From Escherichia coli (GTDB lineage: Bacteria > Pseudomonadota > Gammaproteobacteria > Enterobacterales > Enterobacteriaceae), in NCBI RefSeq assembly GCF_011045215.1, contig NZ_CP049201.1: a stretch of 64,000 bases of DNA. One strand, 5' to 3'. The translations under genes were made by a program, and so were the position numbers. Within the stretch, counting starts at the first letter, position 1; each line of letters opens with the position of its first letter. Under the pieces are notes generated by a model. It worked only from the letters and a program-made list of their open reading frames with translations, searched no databases and had not been told where the DNA came from. Of the stretch, positions 14,151 to 29,586 are shown piece after piece.

Positions 14151-14774
14151 TTAGCGCATGTTGACAAAAATACCATTAGTCACATTATCCGTCAGTCGGA
14201 CGACATGGTAGATAACCTGTTTATTATGCGTTTTGATCTTACGTTTAATATTACCTTTATGCGATGAAACGGTCTTGGCTTTGATATTCATTTGGTCAGA
14301 GATTTGAATGGTTCCCTGACCTGCCATCCACATTCGCAACATACTCGATTCGGTTCGGCTCAATGATAACGTCGGCATATTTAAAAAAGAGGTTATCGTT
14401 GTCTCTTTTTTCAGAATATCGCCAAGGATATCGTCGAGAGATTCCGGTTTAATCGATTTAGAACTTATCAATAAATTTTTTCTGACCAATAGATATTCAT
14501 CAAAATGAACATTGGCAATTGCCATAAAAACGATAAATAACGTATTGGGATGTTGATTAATGATGTGCTTGATGTGCTGACTGTTAGAAGCATCATGGAT
14601 GAAACAGTCCTCATTAATAAACACCACTGAAGGGCGCTGTGAATCACAAGCTATGGCAAGGTCATCAACGGTTTCAATGTCGTTGATTTCTCTTTTTTTA
14701 ACCCCTCTACTCAACAGATACCCGGTTAAACCTAGTCGGGTGTAACTACATAAATCCATAATAATCGTTGACAT
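14151..14774 (-). CDS. rcsA: Capsule synthesis co-activator RcsA (LuxR-type HTH)
   Basis: 207 aa with C-terminal LuxR/FixJ HTH; AT-rich upstream region. Confidence 0.92.
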
Positions 14775-15063
14775 GGCATACCCTCACTCAATGCGTAACG
14801 ATAATTCCCCTTACCTGAATATTTCATCATGACTAAACGGAACAACATGGGTCACCTAATGCGCCACTCTCGCGATTTTTCAGGCGGACTTACTATCCCG
14901 TAAAGTGTTGTATAATTTGCCTGGAATTGTCTTAAAGTAAAGTAAATGTTGCGATATGTGAGTGAGCTTAAAACAAATATTTCGCCACAGGAGTACCCTG
15001 GAAGATGTTCGCAGGTATTATTTTTCGGATAATCCTTAGGATAACATGATAAACGTTACGGAA

Positions 15064-15849
15064 TTATATTAATGGCAATTCACTAATAATATCAGCCAGC
15101 AAATTAAAAATTTCACTGAATAAATGTTCGCAAAAAGGCGCAATTAACGGCATTAATGCCGCCATTAAAGAGATACCGACAGTCAGAGTTAATGGAAATC
15201 CAATAACAAAAATGGATAATTGCGGGGCCATACGATTCAGTAAACCTAATGCCAGATTCAGGGTCAGCAGCAGAGTAATGAGCGGTAACGCCAGCATCAG
15301 CCCGTTAAGGAAAATCAAACTCCCCGCTTTGGTGAGTGCCAGAAACGCATTGCTGTTCAACGGTTTGCCACCAATTGGCAGGGTGTGAAAGGTATCGACC
15401 AGCAGTGAAATCAACCATAAATGACCGTTAAATGTCAGGAACAGCAGTAACGCCAGCATATCCATGATACGCGCTAAAACGGGCATATTGAGATGGCTGG
15501 CTGGATCGACAAAAGTCGCAAATGACAGCCCCATTTGCAGACCGATAATTTCGCCAGCGGTTCGCACAGCGGCAAAGGCAAATTGCATGGTAAAACCAAG
15601 CGCAACGCCGATCAGGATCTGCTGCACGGCCAGCCACAGAGCAAAGAACGAAAAAACAGGAACATCGTTGGCAGGTAATGATGGGGCAATAGCGAACGTG
15701 ATCATCATTGCCAGACCCAGTTTTACCCGTTTCGGCACGCTGCGTTCGCTCAGAATTGGCGCGGTAGAAATGAGCGCCAGCACGCGCAGTAACGGCCAGA
15801 AGTAGAGGCTTAACCAGGAAAGCCATTGATCGCTTGTCACCTGCATCAT
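15064..15849 (-). CDS. fliR: Flagellar export apparatus protein FliR
   Basis: 261 aa polytopic membrane protein, last gene of fliL operon. Confidence 0.93.
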   Translation of the reverse strand: MMQVTSDQWLSWLSLYFWPLLRVLALISTAPILSERSVPKRVKLGLAMMITFAIAPSLPANDVPVFSFFALWLAVQQILIGVALGFTMQFAFAAVRTAGEIIGLQMGLSFATFVDPASHLNMPVLARIMDMLALLLFLTFNGHLWLISLLVDTFHTLPIGGKPLNSNAFLALTKAGSLIFLNGLMLALPLITLLLTLNLALGLLNRMAPQLSIFVIGFPLTLTVGISLMAALMPLIAPFCEHLFSEIFNLLADIISELPLI

Positions 15850-15857
15850 TGTACGGG

Positions 15858-16127
15858 CTACCCGATGATATACGGCAGGTTAGTGAACAAGGTGCGGACG
15901 TAATCCAGCAACAGATTGAGCATCCACGGTCCGGCAATAATAATGGCAATAAATACGGCGATGATTTTTGGTATAAACGACAGCGTCATTTCGTTGATCT
16001 GTGTGGCGGCCTGCAAAATACTGATGATAAGGCCCGTGACCAGCGCCACCAGCAACAGCGGGGCAGCTAGTGCCAGCGCGACTTTCATCGCTTCAGTCCC
16101 CATCATCATGACCGATTCAGGTGTCAT
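15858..16127 (-). CDS. fliQ: Flagellar export apparatus protein FliQ
   Basis: 89 aa, two TM segments. Confidence 0.93.
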   Translation of the reverse strand: MTPESVMMMGTEAMKVALALAAPLLLVALVTGLIISILQAATQINEMTLSFIPKIIAVFIAIIIAGPWMLNLLLDYVRTLFTNLPYIIG

Positions 16128-16136
16128 TTTGCCTCT

Positions 16137-16874
16137 CTAGCTGTAAAAGCTCTGCGCCAGCGAACCGACCAGCAATTGCCAACCATCCACCAGTACAAAC
16201 AGCATCAGTTTAAAGGGCAGAGCAATGGTGGCGGGGGGGACCATCATCATCCCCAATGCCATCAACACGCTGGCAATCACCAGGTCGATAATCAAAAAAG
16301 GGATGAAAATCGTGAAGCCTATCTGAAATGCAGTTTTCAACTCGCTGGTCACGTAGGCCGGGAGCAAAATGCGCATCGGCACGGCTTCAGGTCCCTGCAA
16401 CGGGCCGGTATTCGCCAGTCTGGCAAACAACCCTAAATCCGCCTCACGGGTCTGACGCAGCATAAACTCACGCAGCGGCTGCGCCCCTTTTTCCAGCGCC
16501 TCCTGCATTGATATTTTCTCTTCGCTGAATGGCTGGTACGCATCGACATAAATTTTATCGATCACCGGCGACATAATAAAAAAGGTCAAAAACAGCGCCA
16601 GTCCCAGCAATACCTGGTTAGGTGGCGCGGAGGGCGTTCCCAGCGCGTTACGCAATAAACCAAAAACAATAATGATGCGGGTGAAACTGGTCATCATTAG
16701 TAAAATTGCCGGAATAAACGTCAACGAGGTGATGAACACCAGCGTCTGCACCGGGAGCGACCAGCTTTGTCCACCGCCAGGCAGCGGCTGGCTGGTGATA
16801 CCCGGCAGTTGCGCGAAGGCGAGGGGCGTAACCAGACAGAGAAGGACAGGTGCGACAGACAACAAACGACGCAT
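16137..16874 (-). CDS. fliP: Flagellar export apparatus protein FliP
   Basis: 245 aa with signal peptide and conserved FliP core. Confidence 0.93.
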   Translation of the reverse strand: MRRLLSVAPVLLCLVTPLAFAQLPGITSQPLPGGGQSWSLPVQTLVFITSLTFIPAILLMMTSFTRIIIVFGLLRNALGTPSAPPNQVLLGLALFLTFFIMSPVIDKIYVDAYQPFSEEKISMQEALEKGAQPLREFMLRQTREADLGLFARLANTGPLQGPEAVPMRILLPAYVTSELKTAFQIGFTIFIPFLIIDLVIASVLMALGMMMVPPATIALPFKLMLFVLVDGWQLLVGSLAQSFYS

Positions 16875-17242
16875 CAGGATCTCCCGCTACGCTTAAGCAA
16901 GTTTTTCATGACCGACTGAAAATCGGTCTGCGGTATCTCTTCCGTTGGTGCTGAAGGGGGAAGTTTATGCAGCAGATTGATTTGCCCTGCGGTAACGCCG
17001 AGCACCAGCCGTGCATCTTCCACATCGACCACCACGACCCGTTCACGCGCGCCCAGCGAAGTACTGGCACTAATTTTCAGACCGTTAACGCCAGTGCGTT
17101 TAGGGGCAAATCCCAGCCGTTTTACCAGCCAGGCAGCAGCGAGGATCAGGGCAATAATGGCGATGAGTGCGCTGCTCACCTGCAGCAGTGGCGCAGCAGA
17201 AACCGGCGCGGAAGATTGCACAGTAGCGTGGTTATTCATCAC
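16874..17242 (-). CDS. fliO: Flagellar protein FliO
   Basis: 122 aa, single TM; between fliN and fliP. Confidence 0.88.
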   Translation of the reverse strand: MMNNHATVQSSAPVSAAPLLQVSSALIAIIALILAAAWLVKRLGFAPKRTGVNGLKISASTSLGARERVVVVDVEDARLVLGVTAGQINLLHKLPPSAPTEEIPQTDFQSVMKNLLKRSGRS

Positions 17243-17655
17243 TAACGGCTCAGGCGGCGCATTCGCTCAGACGGAGTAATGATATCGGTGATCCGCACGC
17301 CATATTTATCGGCAACGACCACCACTTCGCCCTGGGCAATTAAATAACCGTTGATCAGAATATCCAGTGGTTCGCCCGCCAGACCGTCCAGCGCCACGAC
17401 GGACCCTTGCGTCAGACGCAACAGCTCTTTGATGGTCATCCGCGTACGGCCCAGCTCGACGGTCAGCTTGACCGGAATATCCATTATCAGGTCGATATCC
17501 TGCAACGTTCCGCTGACATCACCACCGCCAAATTGCTGGAACACCGCGTCGGCAGCGCTTTTGCTGCTGGTTGATTTTTGTTCGCTCAACGCTTCAGCCC
17601 ACAGATCGTCCATTGCGCCGTTGTTGTCATCGGCCGGATTATTCATGTCACTCAT
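17242..17655 (-). CDS. fliN: Flagellar motor switch protein FliN
   Basis: 137 aa, SpoA domain. Confidence 0.93.
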   Translation of the reverse strand: MSDMNNPADDNNGAMDDLWAEALSEQKSTSSKSAADAVFQQFGGGDVSGTLQDIDLIMDIPVKLTVELGRTRMTIKELLRLTQGSVVALDGLAGEPLDILINGYLIAQGEVVVVADKYGVRITDIITPSERMRRLSR

Positions 17656-18656
17656 TTGGGCTGTTCCTCGTTCAGAGAATTTAAAATCGGGTTAATCAAA
17701 TGTTCTATCCGTAACGCATACTGACCGTTGAGAGTGCCGTACTGACTGGTCAGCACCGGGACGCCGTCAACATGGGCGATGATGCGATCGGGTTTTTCTA
17801 TCGGCAGGACGTCGCCGGGTTTCAGTTTTAAAATCTGCGACAGGCGTAGCGAGATATCGGCAAAGTTGGCGACCAGCTCCAGCTGTGAATGCTGCACCTG
17901 GCGCACCAGGTTATCGCGCCAGTTCTGATCTTCATTACGCGAGTTTTCCAGCGGCGGGTTAACCAACAATTCCCGTAGCGGCTCGATCATGCTGAATGGC
18001 AGACAGATATTAAATTCGCCGGTCAGGTTGCCAATCTCCACATGGAACGGCGTGTTAACCACAATGTCGTTCGGCGAGGTGGTGATATTGGTAAATTTCA
18101 CCTGCATTTCCGAACGCACGTACTCAACTTCCAGCGGATTAATCGCCTTCCAGGCGTCGCTATAGCCTTCAAGCGCCAGCTTTAACATGCGGTTGATGAC
18201 GCGCTGTTCGGTATGGGTAAACTCGCGACCTTCCACTTTGGTCGGGAAGCGTCCATCGCCGCCAAACAGGTTATCCACGGCGATAAACACCAGACTCGGT
18301 GAAAACACCACCAGCCCTGTGCCGCGCAGCGGTTTCAGATGGATAAGGTTCAGGTTGGTCGGCACCGGCAGGTTGCGGGCAAATTCATGGTACGGCTGAA
18401 TGCGGATGGCCCCGACGGTTATATCCGGGCTACGACGCAGCAGGTTGAACAGCCCCATACGAAAATGGCGGGCAAAGCGCTCATTAATGATTTCCAGCGC
18501 CTGCAAACGTTCGCGCACAACCCGTCGTTGGGTATTCGGATCGTACGGACGAATGTCACTTTCGCCGCTAACACTGGCTGTCGGTTCGTCTTTGACTTCG
18601 CTGTCACCATTCAACAGCGCATCAATTTCAGCTTGAGAAAGAATACTATCGCCCAT
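17652..18656 (-). CDS. fliM: Flagellar motor switch protein FliM
   Basis: Start at ATG 18656 (MGDSILSQAEIDALL), 334 aa; upstream extension in ORF track is not coding. Confidence 0.93.
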   Translation of the reverse strand: MGDSILSQAEIDALLNGDSEVKDEPTASVSGESDIRPYDPNTQRRVVRERLQALEIINERFARHFRMGLFNLLRRSPDITVGAIRIQPYHEFARNLPVPTNLNLIHLKPLRGTGLVVFSPSLVFIAVDNLFGGDGRFPTKVEGREFTHTEQRVINRMLKLALEGYSDAWKAINPLEVEYVRSEMQVKFTNITTSPNDIVVNTPFHVEIGNLTGEFNICLPFSMIEPLRELLVNPPLENSRNEDQNWRDNLVRQVQHSQLELVANFADISLRLSQILKLKPGDVLPIEKPDRIIAHVDGVPVLTSQYGTLNGQYALRIEHLINPILNSLNEEQPK

Positions 18657-18660
18657 GTCG

Positions 18661-19125
18661 TTATCGCAGAATAAAAGCGGTATACAGCACGTCGGTGACA
18701 TCCTGTTTCGGTTGCCCGGCAACAAGCGGGGTGGAAAGCGTGGTTTTAATCTCGGCAATCAGGTTTTTCTTGCCTTCTTCTGTCGCCAGTACGGCAGCAT
18801 CCTGACGCGAAAACAGTAACAGCAAACGGCTACGGACTTCCGGCAAATACTCACTCAGCCGCGAGCGGGTAGCTTCATCTTTCAGGCGCAGGGTTATGCC
18901 GATATAAAGTACGCGATCTGCATCGCCCAGATTGACCGTAAAGGTATCCAGCGCATAGAAGACCGGGGAGGGCACGACGCGTTGCTGCGCTTTGTCGTCA
19001 GCGGCAACCTGATGCGAATGCCAGTAGCTGTAACCTGCGCTGGCACAGGCCGCGAGGGTAATGAATACCAGAATCGGGATCCAAAGCGATCGCTTGCTTT
19101 TCTTGCTTATCGCGTAATCAGTCAT
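18661..19125 (-). CDS. fliL: Flagellar basal-body-associated protein FliL
   Basis: 154 aa, single TM. Confidence 0.92.
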   Translation of the reverse strand: MTDYAISKKSKRSLWIPILVFITLAACASAGYSYWHSHQVAADDKAQQRVVPSPVFYALDTFTVNLGDADRVLYIGITLRLKDEATRSRLSEYLPEVRSRLLLLFSRQDAAVLATEEGKKNLIAEIKTTLSTPLVAGQPKQDVTDVLYTAFILR

Positions 19126-19229
19126 GTGTTGCGGTCTTCCTGTGTCGCTACTGCTTATCGGCTAATTATCCTGCGTCTTGAGCGCAACAAAGCGGGGAAA
19201 AGACGCGGATTACGGTGCTACCTCTGACG

Positions 19230-20357
19230 TTAGGCGAAAATATCAACGCCGCTGTTGCCTGTTACGCGCCCTTGTATAGAGACGGGAACCGGAAGCGTAT
19301 CGTCGTCTTCCCCCGCCAGAGGTTCATGGTTTACTGTGCGTTGGCTTTGCTGTTGTTGGGAAGCGGCCTGCTGCTGACCACTAAAGCTTTCGCCACTGAT
19401 GTTGCTTTGCCCTAACTGAATGCCACTTTCGGCCAGCTGCGTACGCAGTACCGGAAGCGCTGCTTCCAGCGCGGCGCGTACATGCTGATGCGGTGAAACC
19501 ATCTGGATTTGTGCCTGGTTATCATCCACTTTGAGAGAGATTTGCACTTCACCTAAATCCTGCGGGTGCAGACGCAACTCTGCACTTTGTTGCCCCTGGC
19601 GGGTGAATAGCGAAATATGCTGGCTTAATGATTGTTGCCATTCGTGAGAACCCAGCGGTGCACTCAAAACAGGCGCGGCGACGGTGGGCAGTGGCTGTGT
19701 CTGGTGTGGAGTAATTAGCGGGCTGGCGGCAGCGGTCACCGGTGACGGTGTGCTGATGACTTCCGCTTTACTCTGGGCTTCTGCTACCAGCGGTGTTAAT
19801 GGCTGAGCTGGCGTGCCGGGGGCATCATCAGGCTGTGCTGTTGTGAGTTGCGCAGAAGTCAGTTTTGTGAAGAGCGTTGGTTTCTCTGCCGGTAACACGG
19901 TTGACGGCACATTAGTCACTTTGGGCGTATTGTCAAAACCCGGCAACATCGCAAAAAGGGCGCTCAGGCTTGCGGTGACGTCTTCATTCAGATCATCCGC
20001 TTTTTCGTCTTTTGTCGTATTTTTGTCAGCCACCGCAGCCAACGTCATCGTCTGAGCGGTGGTTAACGGTGTTGATGTGGATTGTTCGTCGTTGATGACA
20101 GGCAGTGTTTCATCCACGGGGATCAGTAAATCCGCTTGTTGCGCGTCGGCAAGAATATCGCTGATCAGCGGCTCGCCTTTTGTCGTGGGCTTATCTGTTG
20201 CCACCAGCAACTGGGGGGCCGCTTTGTCGGTAGTTGTCTCGCCTGCTAATGCTTCGCTCAACAACGCGAGAAAATCTTGTGCAGCATCGCTGGCTTTGCC
20301 GCCAGGCAATGTGGTGGTGTCAACGTCGGCGGTAATTAAGGGCGCTAAGCGAATCAT
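19230..20357 (-). CDS. fliK: Flagellar hook-length control protein FliK
   Basis: 375 aa, Pro/Gln/Thr-rich central region. Confidence 0.92.
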   Translation of the reverse strand: MIRLAPLITADVDTTTLPGGKASDAAQDFLALLSEALAGETTTDKAAPQLLVATDKPTTKGEPLISDILADAQQADLLIPVDETLPVINDEQSTSTPLTTAQTMTLAAVADKNTTKDEKADDLNEDVTASLSALFAMLPGFDNTPKVTNVPSTVLPAEKPTLFTKLTSAQLTTAQPDDAPGTPAQPLTPLVAEAQSKAEVISTPSPVTAAASPLITPHQTQPLPTVAAPVLSAPLGSHEWQQSLSQHISLFTRQGQQSAELRLHPQDLGEVQISLKVDDNQAQIQMVSPHQHVRAALEAALPVLRTQLAESGIQLGQSNISGESFSGQQQAASQQQQSQRTVNHEPLAGEDDDTLPVPVSIQGRVTGNSGVDIFA

Positions 20358-20797
20358 TCAGGTTTCCTCATGGCGGCGCGCTGGGCGAACTCATCCATCT
20401 TTTTCTGATCGAGGCGGTTTTCTGCAAGCAGTGCCGCCGTGGATTGCCGTTCCTGCAGTGTCTGCCAGGCCTGCAAACGTTGTTTCTTTTCTCGCCAGCT
20501 GTTCAGGGCAATGTCAACTTTCTGCGTCCACTGATTAAGTTGCTGGCGATGCTGAGTAATGGCTTTTTCCAGCGTCTGGATAAACTGCTGATAGTTGATC
20601 CAGCGGTTGCTGGTCATCCCGGCACTCATATCGCTGTTGAGGTTATTGCGATATTCATTCTGATAATCGATCAGCATTTTGAGCTGTTCTTCCGCCTGCT
20701 GACACCCGCGACGCATTTCACCCAGCTGGCGCGCGGCATCCTCTACCTCTTTTTCTGCCAGATCTTTCAGGGTCGCCAGCGCGCCATGTTCTGCCAT
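20354..20797 (-). CDS. fliJ: Flagellar export chaperone FliJ
   Basis: 147 aa coiled-coil protein. Confidence 0.92.
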   Translation of the reverse strand: MAEHGALATLKDLAEKEVEDAARQLGEMRRGCQQAEEQLKMLIDYQNEYRNNLNSDMSAGMTSNRWINYQQFIQTLEKAITQHRQQLNQWTQKVDIALNSWREKKQRLQAWQTLQERQSTAALLAENRLDQKKMDEFAQRAAMRKPE

Positions 20798-20815
20798 CTG
20801 CCGTTATCTCCTGGG

Positions 20816-22188
20816 TTATGACACTGTCGGGAAAATACGCTCCAGCCCCTGGAGAGACGCTTCCCAGTCCGCGCGTTCAAAAATGCCTTGTTGCAAATAG
20901 CCCTCCAGCTGCGGCCACAGGGCGATGGCTTTGTCGAGCATCGGATCGCTGCCTTTGGCATACGCGCCGACGCTAACCAGATCGCGGTTACGCTGAAAAC
21001 TCGACAACAGCTGTTTGAAGGTGCGCACTCGCGCGTAATGTTGCTCACTGATCAACGCCGTCATTGCGCGGCTGATCGACGCTTCAATATCGATAGCCGG
21101 ATAGTGCCCGGCTTCCGCCAGTCGGCGAGACAGCACAATGTGACCGTCGAGGATTGCCCGCGCAGAGTCGGCAATGGGGTCCTGCTGGTCATCGCCTTCA
21201 GTGAGCACGGTATAAAATGCAGTAATCGATCCGCCGCCGCTAATGCCATTTCCGGCACGCTCGACCAGTGCCGGTAATTTGGCAAACACCGACGGGGGAT
21301 AACCTTTAGTGGCGGGTGGTTCGCCAATCGCCAGCGCAATTTCACGCTGGGCCATCGCGTAGCGGGTGAGGGAGTCCATAATCAGCAACACATGCTGACC
21401 ACGATCGCGAAAATCTTCGGCAATGCGCGTGGCATAGGCGGCACCCTGCATTCGCAGGAGAGGAGAAACATCCGCCGGAGCGGCAATCACCACGGAGCGT
21501 GCACGCCCTTCGGCACCGAGGATATTCTCAATAAAATCTTTTACTTCGCGTCCGCGTTCACCAATCAAACCCACGACAATGACATCGGCGCGGGTGTAAC
21601 GTGCCATCATCCCCAGCAGCACACTTTTACCAACGCCGGACCCGGCAAACAGTCCCATACGCTGCCCACGCCCAACGGTAAGCAGGGCATTGATTGGGCG
21701 CACGCCGGTGTCCAGCACATGTTCAATCGGTGTACGTTGCAACGGGTTAAATGGCGGGGTAATCAGCGCACCGGTTTCCGTCGTATCGGGGGAGGGCAGG
21801 CCATCGAGCGGCTTACCGCTGCCGTCCAGAACGCGACCTAATAACGCCGGACCGAGCGGCAACTGCTTGCCGCTTTGCAGTCCTTCAGCCGAAATGTTTT
21901 TGGCATAAACCCGCGCGCCGGGCAGGACACCTTCGACTTCCTCCAGCGGCATTAAAAACAGCCGTTGACCGTTAAAGCCAACGACTTCGCTTTCTACTTC
22001 GTGCGTTTCGCTGCCGTTCTGGCGTTCAATGACACAGGTTGCGCCGAGCGGCAATTGTAATCCGGTGGCTTCCAGCACCAGCCCGGTAGCGCGGGTTAAT
22101 CGCCCATAGCGACGTACCGCAGGCAACTGCGCCATTTTGGCTTCAAAGTTATCCAGCGTGGTTAGCCAGCGAGTCAGGCGCGTGGTCA

Positions 22189-22189
<1 letters not shown>
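20816..22189 (-). CDS. fliI: Flagellum-specific ATPase FliI
   Basis: 457 aa; Walker A GSGVGKS; F1-ATPase-like. Confidence 0.95.
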
Positions 22190-25514
<3,325 letters not shown>

Positions 25515-25728
25515 CGCGCACCTCGTGGCTGATTATGGACGGCGTTATTGGCAAAGTGGAACAAGACTCACTCCCGGGTCAGCAAACTCGAAAAATTGAC
25601 GCTCCCATTATTTGTGCTTTCGTTTTTTTCTATCCGCCAATAAACCCGTTTTTTTGTTGTTATTTAGCGCCTTTGTCTTATTGACTTACTGGTAGGCTTT
25701 GCTACCAGAAATTATCCGGGAGACGAGA

Positions 25729-26043
25729 ATGTCAGCGATACAGGGGATTGAAGGGGTTATCAGCCAGTTACAGGCTACGGCGATGAGTGCGCGTGCGCAG
25801 GAATCACTGCCGCAACCGACCATTAGTTTTGCCGGGCAGCTGCACGCCGCGCTCGATCGCATTAGTGATACACAAACAGCTGCCCGCACGCAGGCAGAAA
25901 AATTCACTCTCGGTGAACCCGGCGTGGCGTTAAACGATGTGATGACCGATATGCAAAAAGCCTCAGTTTCTATGCAAATGGGGATTCAGGTGCGTAATAA
26001 GCTGGTGGCGGCGTATCAGGAAGTGATGAGCATGCAGGTGTAG
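25729..26043 (+). CDS. fliE: Flagellar hook-basal body protein FliE
   Basis: Start at ATG 25729 ([10 protein letters not shown]), 104 aa; divergent from fliF. Confidence 0.93.
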   Translation: MSAIQGIEGVISQLQATAMSARAQESLPQPTISFAGQLHAALDRISDTQTAARTQAEKFTLGEPGVALNDVMTDMQKASVSMQMGIQVRNKLVAAYQEVMSMQV

Positions 26044-26376
26044 GTTTTGTAACCTGTTGGTAATTACTTCCAATCTCACCGCTTGGGGCATGGATGGGGC
26101 AAACTCACTCAATTTCTGGTTTAAAATGGATACCTGATCCTGAACGTTTTCTGCCATCCACGATCCGTAAACGCGATAACATGTTTTGTCTTCGCTTTGC
26201 TCATAGGAAGAGTGAACTCTTTTGTTAGCCTGGGGTTCCTTCTGATCATTATTGTTCCTGCCTTTATCTCTTGCCACGCCAGAGCCCCCTGGATACACAT
26301 ACACCAGGATGAAAACGGTGAGTTGTGTTCAAACTGTAGTACAATTCTCTCCAGTATGAACAGGAAAGAATATGCT

Positions 26377-26709
26377 ATGAACCCTTATATTTATCTTGGT
26401 GGCGCAATACTTGCAGAGGTCATTGGTACAACCTTAATGAAGTTTTCAGAGGGGTTTACACGGTTATGGCCCTCTGTTGGCACAATTATTTGCTATTGTG
26501 CATCATTTTGGTTATTAGCTCAGACACTGGCTTATATACCTACAGGGATTGCTTATGCTATCTGGTCAGGAGTCGGTATCGTTCTGATTAGTTTGCTTTC
26601 CTGGGGATTTTTTGGCCAACGACTGGACCTGCCAGCCATCATAGGCATGATGTTGATTTGTGCCGGTGTGTTAGTCATTAACTTGTTGTCACGAAGCGCA
26701 CCGCATTAA
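26377..26709 (+). CDS. emrE: Small multidrug resistance (SMR) efflux protein EmrE
   Basis: 110 aa (MNPYIYLGGAILAEVIGTTLMKFSEGF...), conserved Glu14 context; AGGAAAG RBS; upstream part of ORF-track entry not coding. Confidence 0.9.
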   Translation: MNPYIYLGGAILAEVIGTTLMKFSEGFTRLWPSVGTIICYCASFWLLAQTLAYIPTGIAYAIWSGVGIVLISLLSWGFFGQRLDLPAIIGMMLICAGVLVINLLSRSAPH

Positions 26710-26877
26710 AAAATAATCATCCTTGAGATAACAGGAATCTGATTTGTGCATATTATGGCTAATGTTCGGGGCAACTTTATAATTATGATTGCATTTGCGC
26801 GATCATTGCGCCTTTATGCATAATGAGATCAATGCACATCAAATAAAATAACGATAGGTCACAACAAAGAGGTTTTT

Positions 26878-27429
26878 ATGAAAAAACTTATCGTTTCAAG
26901 TGTATTGGCATTCATAACATTTTCTGCGCAGGCCGCAGCATTTCAGGTCACTAGTAATGAAATAAAAACAGGAGAGCAACTTACAACGTCTCATGTATTT
27001 TCTGGATTTGGGTGTGAGGGGGGTAATACATCGCCCTCATTAACCTGGTCTGGTGCTCCAGAAGGCACCAAAAGCTTTGCCGTAACTGTGTATGATCCAG
27101 ATGCGCCTACAGGCAGCGGATGGTGGCACTGGACTGTTGCTAATATTCCAGCAACGGTAACATATTTGCCCGCTGATGCAGGAAGACGTGATGGTACAAA
27201 ACTTCCGACTGGTGCTGTCCAAGGCCGAAATGATTTTGGCTATGCGGGATTTGGTGGAGCATGTCCTCCCAAAGGAGATAAACCCCATCATTACCAGTTT
27301 AAAATATGGGCTCTAAAAACTGATAAGATTCCTGTGGATTCTAATTCCAGCGGAGCGTTAGTTGGTTATATGCTTAATGCCAATAAAATTGCAACCGCTG
27401 AGATAATACCCGTTTATGAGGTAAAGTAG
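26878..27429 (+). CDS. Periplasmic PEBP/YbhB-YbcL family protein (YbcL-like)
   Basis: 183 aa with signal peptide; PEBP-like motifs (DPDAP, HYQF); in K-12 the homolog sits in DLP12 next to emrE. Confidence 0.8.
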   Translation: MKKLIVSSVLAFITFSAQAAAFQVTSNEIKTGEQLTTSHVFSGFGCEGGNTSPSLTWSGAPEGTKSFAVTVYDPDAPTGSGWWHWTVANIPATVTYLPADAGRRDGTKLPTGAVQGRNDFGYAGFGGACPPKGDKPHHYQFKIWALKTDKIPVDSNSSGALVGYMLNANKIATAEIIPVYEVK

Positions 27430-27438
27430 GATAAGAGT

Positions 27439-28236
27439 ATGCTGGCAAAAGATAGGACTAACCTAAAGATTGAAGAAATACGGATGCATAAACATCATGA
27501 GATTCACAGGGTTAAGCCTCTTATGCCAGCTTTATGTCGTATCCGTCAGGGAAAAAAAGTTATCAATTGGGAGACGCATAGTCTAACTGTTGATAATAAT
27601 CAGATAATATTATTTCCCTGTGGATATGAATTTTATATTGCGAATTACCCAGAAGCAGGTCTTTATCTTGCAGAAATGCTTTATTATCCCATTGATCTAA
27701 TTGAAAAGTTCCAAAATCTTTATGCGATAACCGATCAAATTCGTAACACGACAGGTTTCTGCTTACCTCAGAATCCCGAGTTAATATATTGTTGGGAGCA
27801 ACTAAAAACATCTATTTCCCGAGGCTTCTCAACGCAAATTCAGGAACACTTAGCAATGGGCGTTCTACTTTCATTAGGAGCACATCATGTTAATTGTTTA
27901 CTTTTATCAGATAGTAAACAATCATTAACAAGTCGTTGTTATAACCTAATGCTATCCGAACCTGGAACAAAATGGACAGCAAACAAGGTAGCGAGATATC
28001 TCTACATTTCTGTTTCCACATTGCATCGCCGTCTGGCAAGCGAGGGAGTAAGTTTTCAAAGTATATTGGACGACGTGAGGTTAAATAATGCGTTGTCTGC
28101 TATACAAACGACAGTAAAACCCATCAGCGAGATTGCCAGGGAAAATGGTTACAAGTGTCCTTCTCGTTTTACTGAAAGGTTCCATAATCGTTTTAAGATA
28201 ACACCAAGAGAGCTAAGAAAAGCGTCCAGAGAGTAA
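27439..28236 (+). CDS. AraC-family transcriptional regulator (YbcM-like)
   Basis: C-terminal AraC-type HTH; true start may be internal ATG at 27484. Confidence 0.78.
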   Translation: MLAKDRTNLKIEEIRMHKHHEIHRVKPLMPALCRIRQGKKVINWETHSLTVDNNQIILFPCGYEFYIANYPEAGLYLAEMLYYPIDLIEKFQNLYAITDQIRNTTGFCLPQNPELIYCWEQLKTSISRGFSTQIQEHLAMGVLLSLGAHHVNCLLLSDSKQSLTSRCYNLMLSEPGTKWTANKVARYLYISVSTLHRRLASEGVSFQSILDDVRLNNALSAIQTTVKPISEIARENGYKCPSRFTERFHNRFKITPRELRKASRE

Positions 28237-29363
28237 AAGTATTTTATGAAGGAGCAACAGCATCGATTTTTATTTTGGAAAATAAATACGGCATACTCAA
28301 CCTATTGGAGCCTGAACAATCCGGTGACTTCTGCGCTAATCGGGGACGTTTATAAGCACATATAATTGATACTATCTTCCTCCATCACAATTTCAGAAAT
28401 GCACGTGTGATTTTTTTGCATCCGGCGTTTGGACTATGTGGAGTTCAAGAGTGGGAAAGTTACAAGAGGTTGAGGGGATAATTAAAGGGATGCTTATGAC
28501 ATTAGATATCCGGATAGGTACGGATATCGTTGTTATTAAATCTAGTTTATACGTTAAGATGCAGCTACAGCAGAAATTGCCACTGTTAATTTTTTCATCG
28601 TGAGCCCTTTTATTTTAACTATTATTTAAAAATGATGTCACTGCACTACAAATATTCATCCAATCAATGAGATTATTTCAAGATGTAAGTTTTAGTTTCT
28701 CATTTAAATTGTGAAGTAGATCCCTATCTTTATCTGAACTGTTTCTATTGCACACAATGCATGACTATTTTGTGAACGAATATAAATTTGGTAGTTAAAT
28801 TATATTAAAGGTTGTTATTTATGATTGACTCATGATTTATTTATTTAATTTAAATAGCCTAGAAATAACCATGGAAATTATTTGCATGATGTTTGTTTAG
28901 ATTTATTAATGTAATTGAGGTGGTTTTATTTAATACGCAATATAGCGCCGCTTGATATTAGTTCTATTTTTTTTGCGTAAGATAGATGAGACAAACTGAG
29001 ACGCATAATGGTTTGCAAGGCTCTAATACTTTGATGTTGAGGATGTGATGGGGCATGTACGGGGCATAGTACAATGATGTCCATGCTGGTGTAGATAATC
29101 TCCAGGCTTATCCGGTGCGCCGTAAAACCCCGTCCTTCAGGGCAGGGATATAAGGCGCGGTTTTCCACCTAACCAGGTGTTTGCTGTTGTTCAATGTATT
29201 GGCGCACCTCCGCAGCTACTGGCAAAATAGCCAGCACTCCACAAAACGCCTTTGTAGTAATACCTGACTGCAATATCTGGTCGATCTCGTCGCAGTAACC
29301 TACCCGATACGCCTTTGAGGCTGTTTACCAGACTGGATATCGCCAGTTTGGGAGGATAGTTAA

Positions 29364-29579
29364 TTAACAAACGTGATCTGGTTCGCCATCCATTTCAACC
29401 AGTTCAGCTTCAAAATCAGCACATACCTTTGAAAAGTAAGTGCGTAGTTTTTCTGTCGCGTCATGGTCAAAAATCTGGCGTCGGTATCTGGTGACAAAGA
29501 CCAGGTGAACATGCATCAGGAAAACACAATGCCTTCCACGCCGGATATCGGTTTCTTTTTTCACAGACCAAAGTATCAT
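29364..29579 (-). pseudogene. tnpA: IS200/IS605 Y1 transposase TnpA fragment (3'-truncated just before the HuH motif)
   Basis: 71 aa: ...HVHLVFVTRYRRQ... ends ...GEPDHVC-stop where HuH (HVHLL) is expected; full TnpA is ~140-150 aa. Confidence 0.65.
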
Positions 29580-29586
29580 TTGGCCT

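Noticed and set aside
15428-15949. 173-aa minus-strand ORF overlapping fliR/fliQ in another frame
   Set aside because: Overlaps conserved flagellar export genes out of frame; no domain recognised.
25963-26304. 113-aa minus-strand ORF between fliE and emrE
   Set aside because: Overlaps the fliE 3' end antisense; no integrase motifs recognisable; region kept only as a possible att or integrase remnant.
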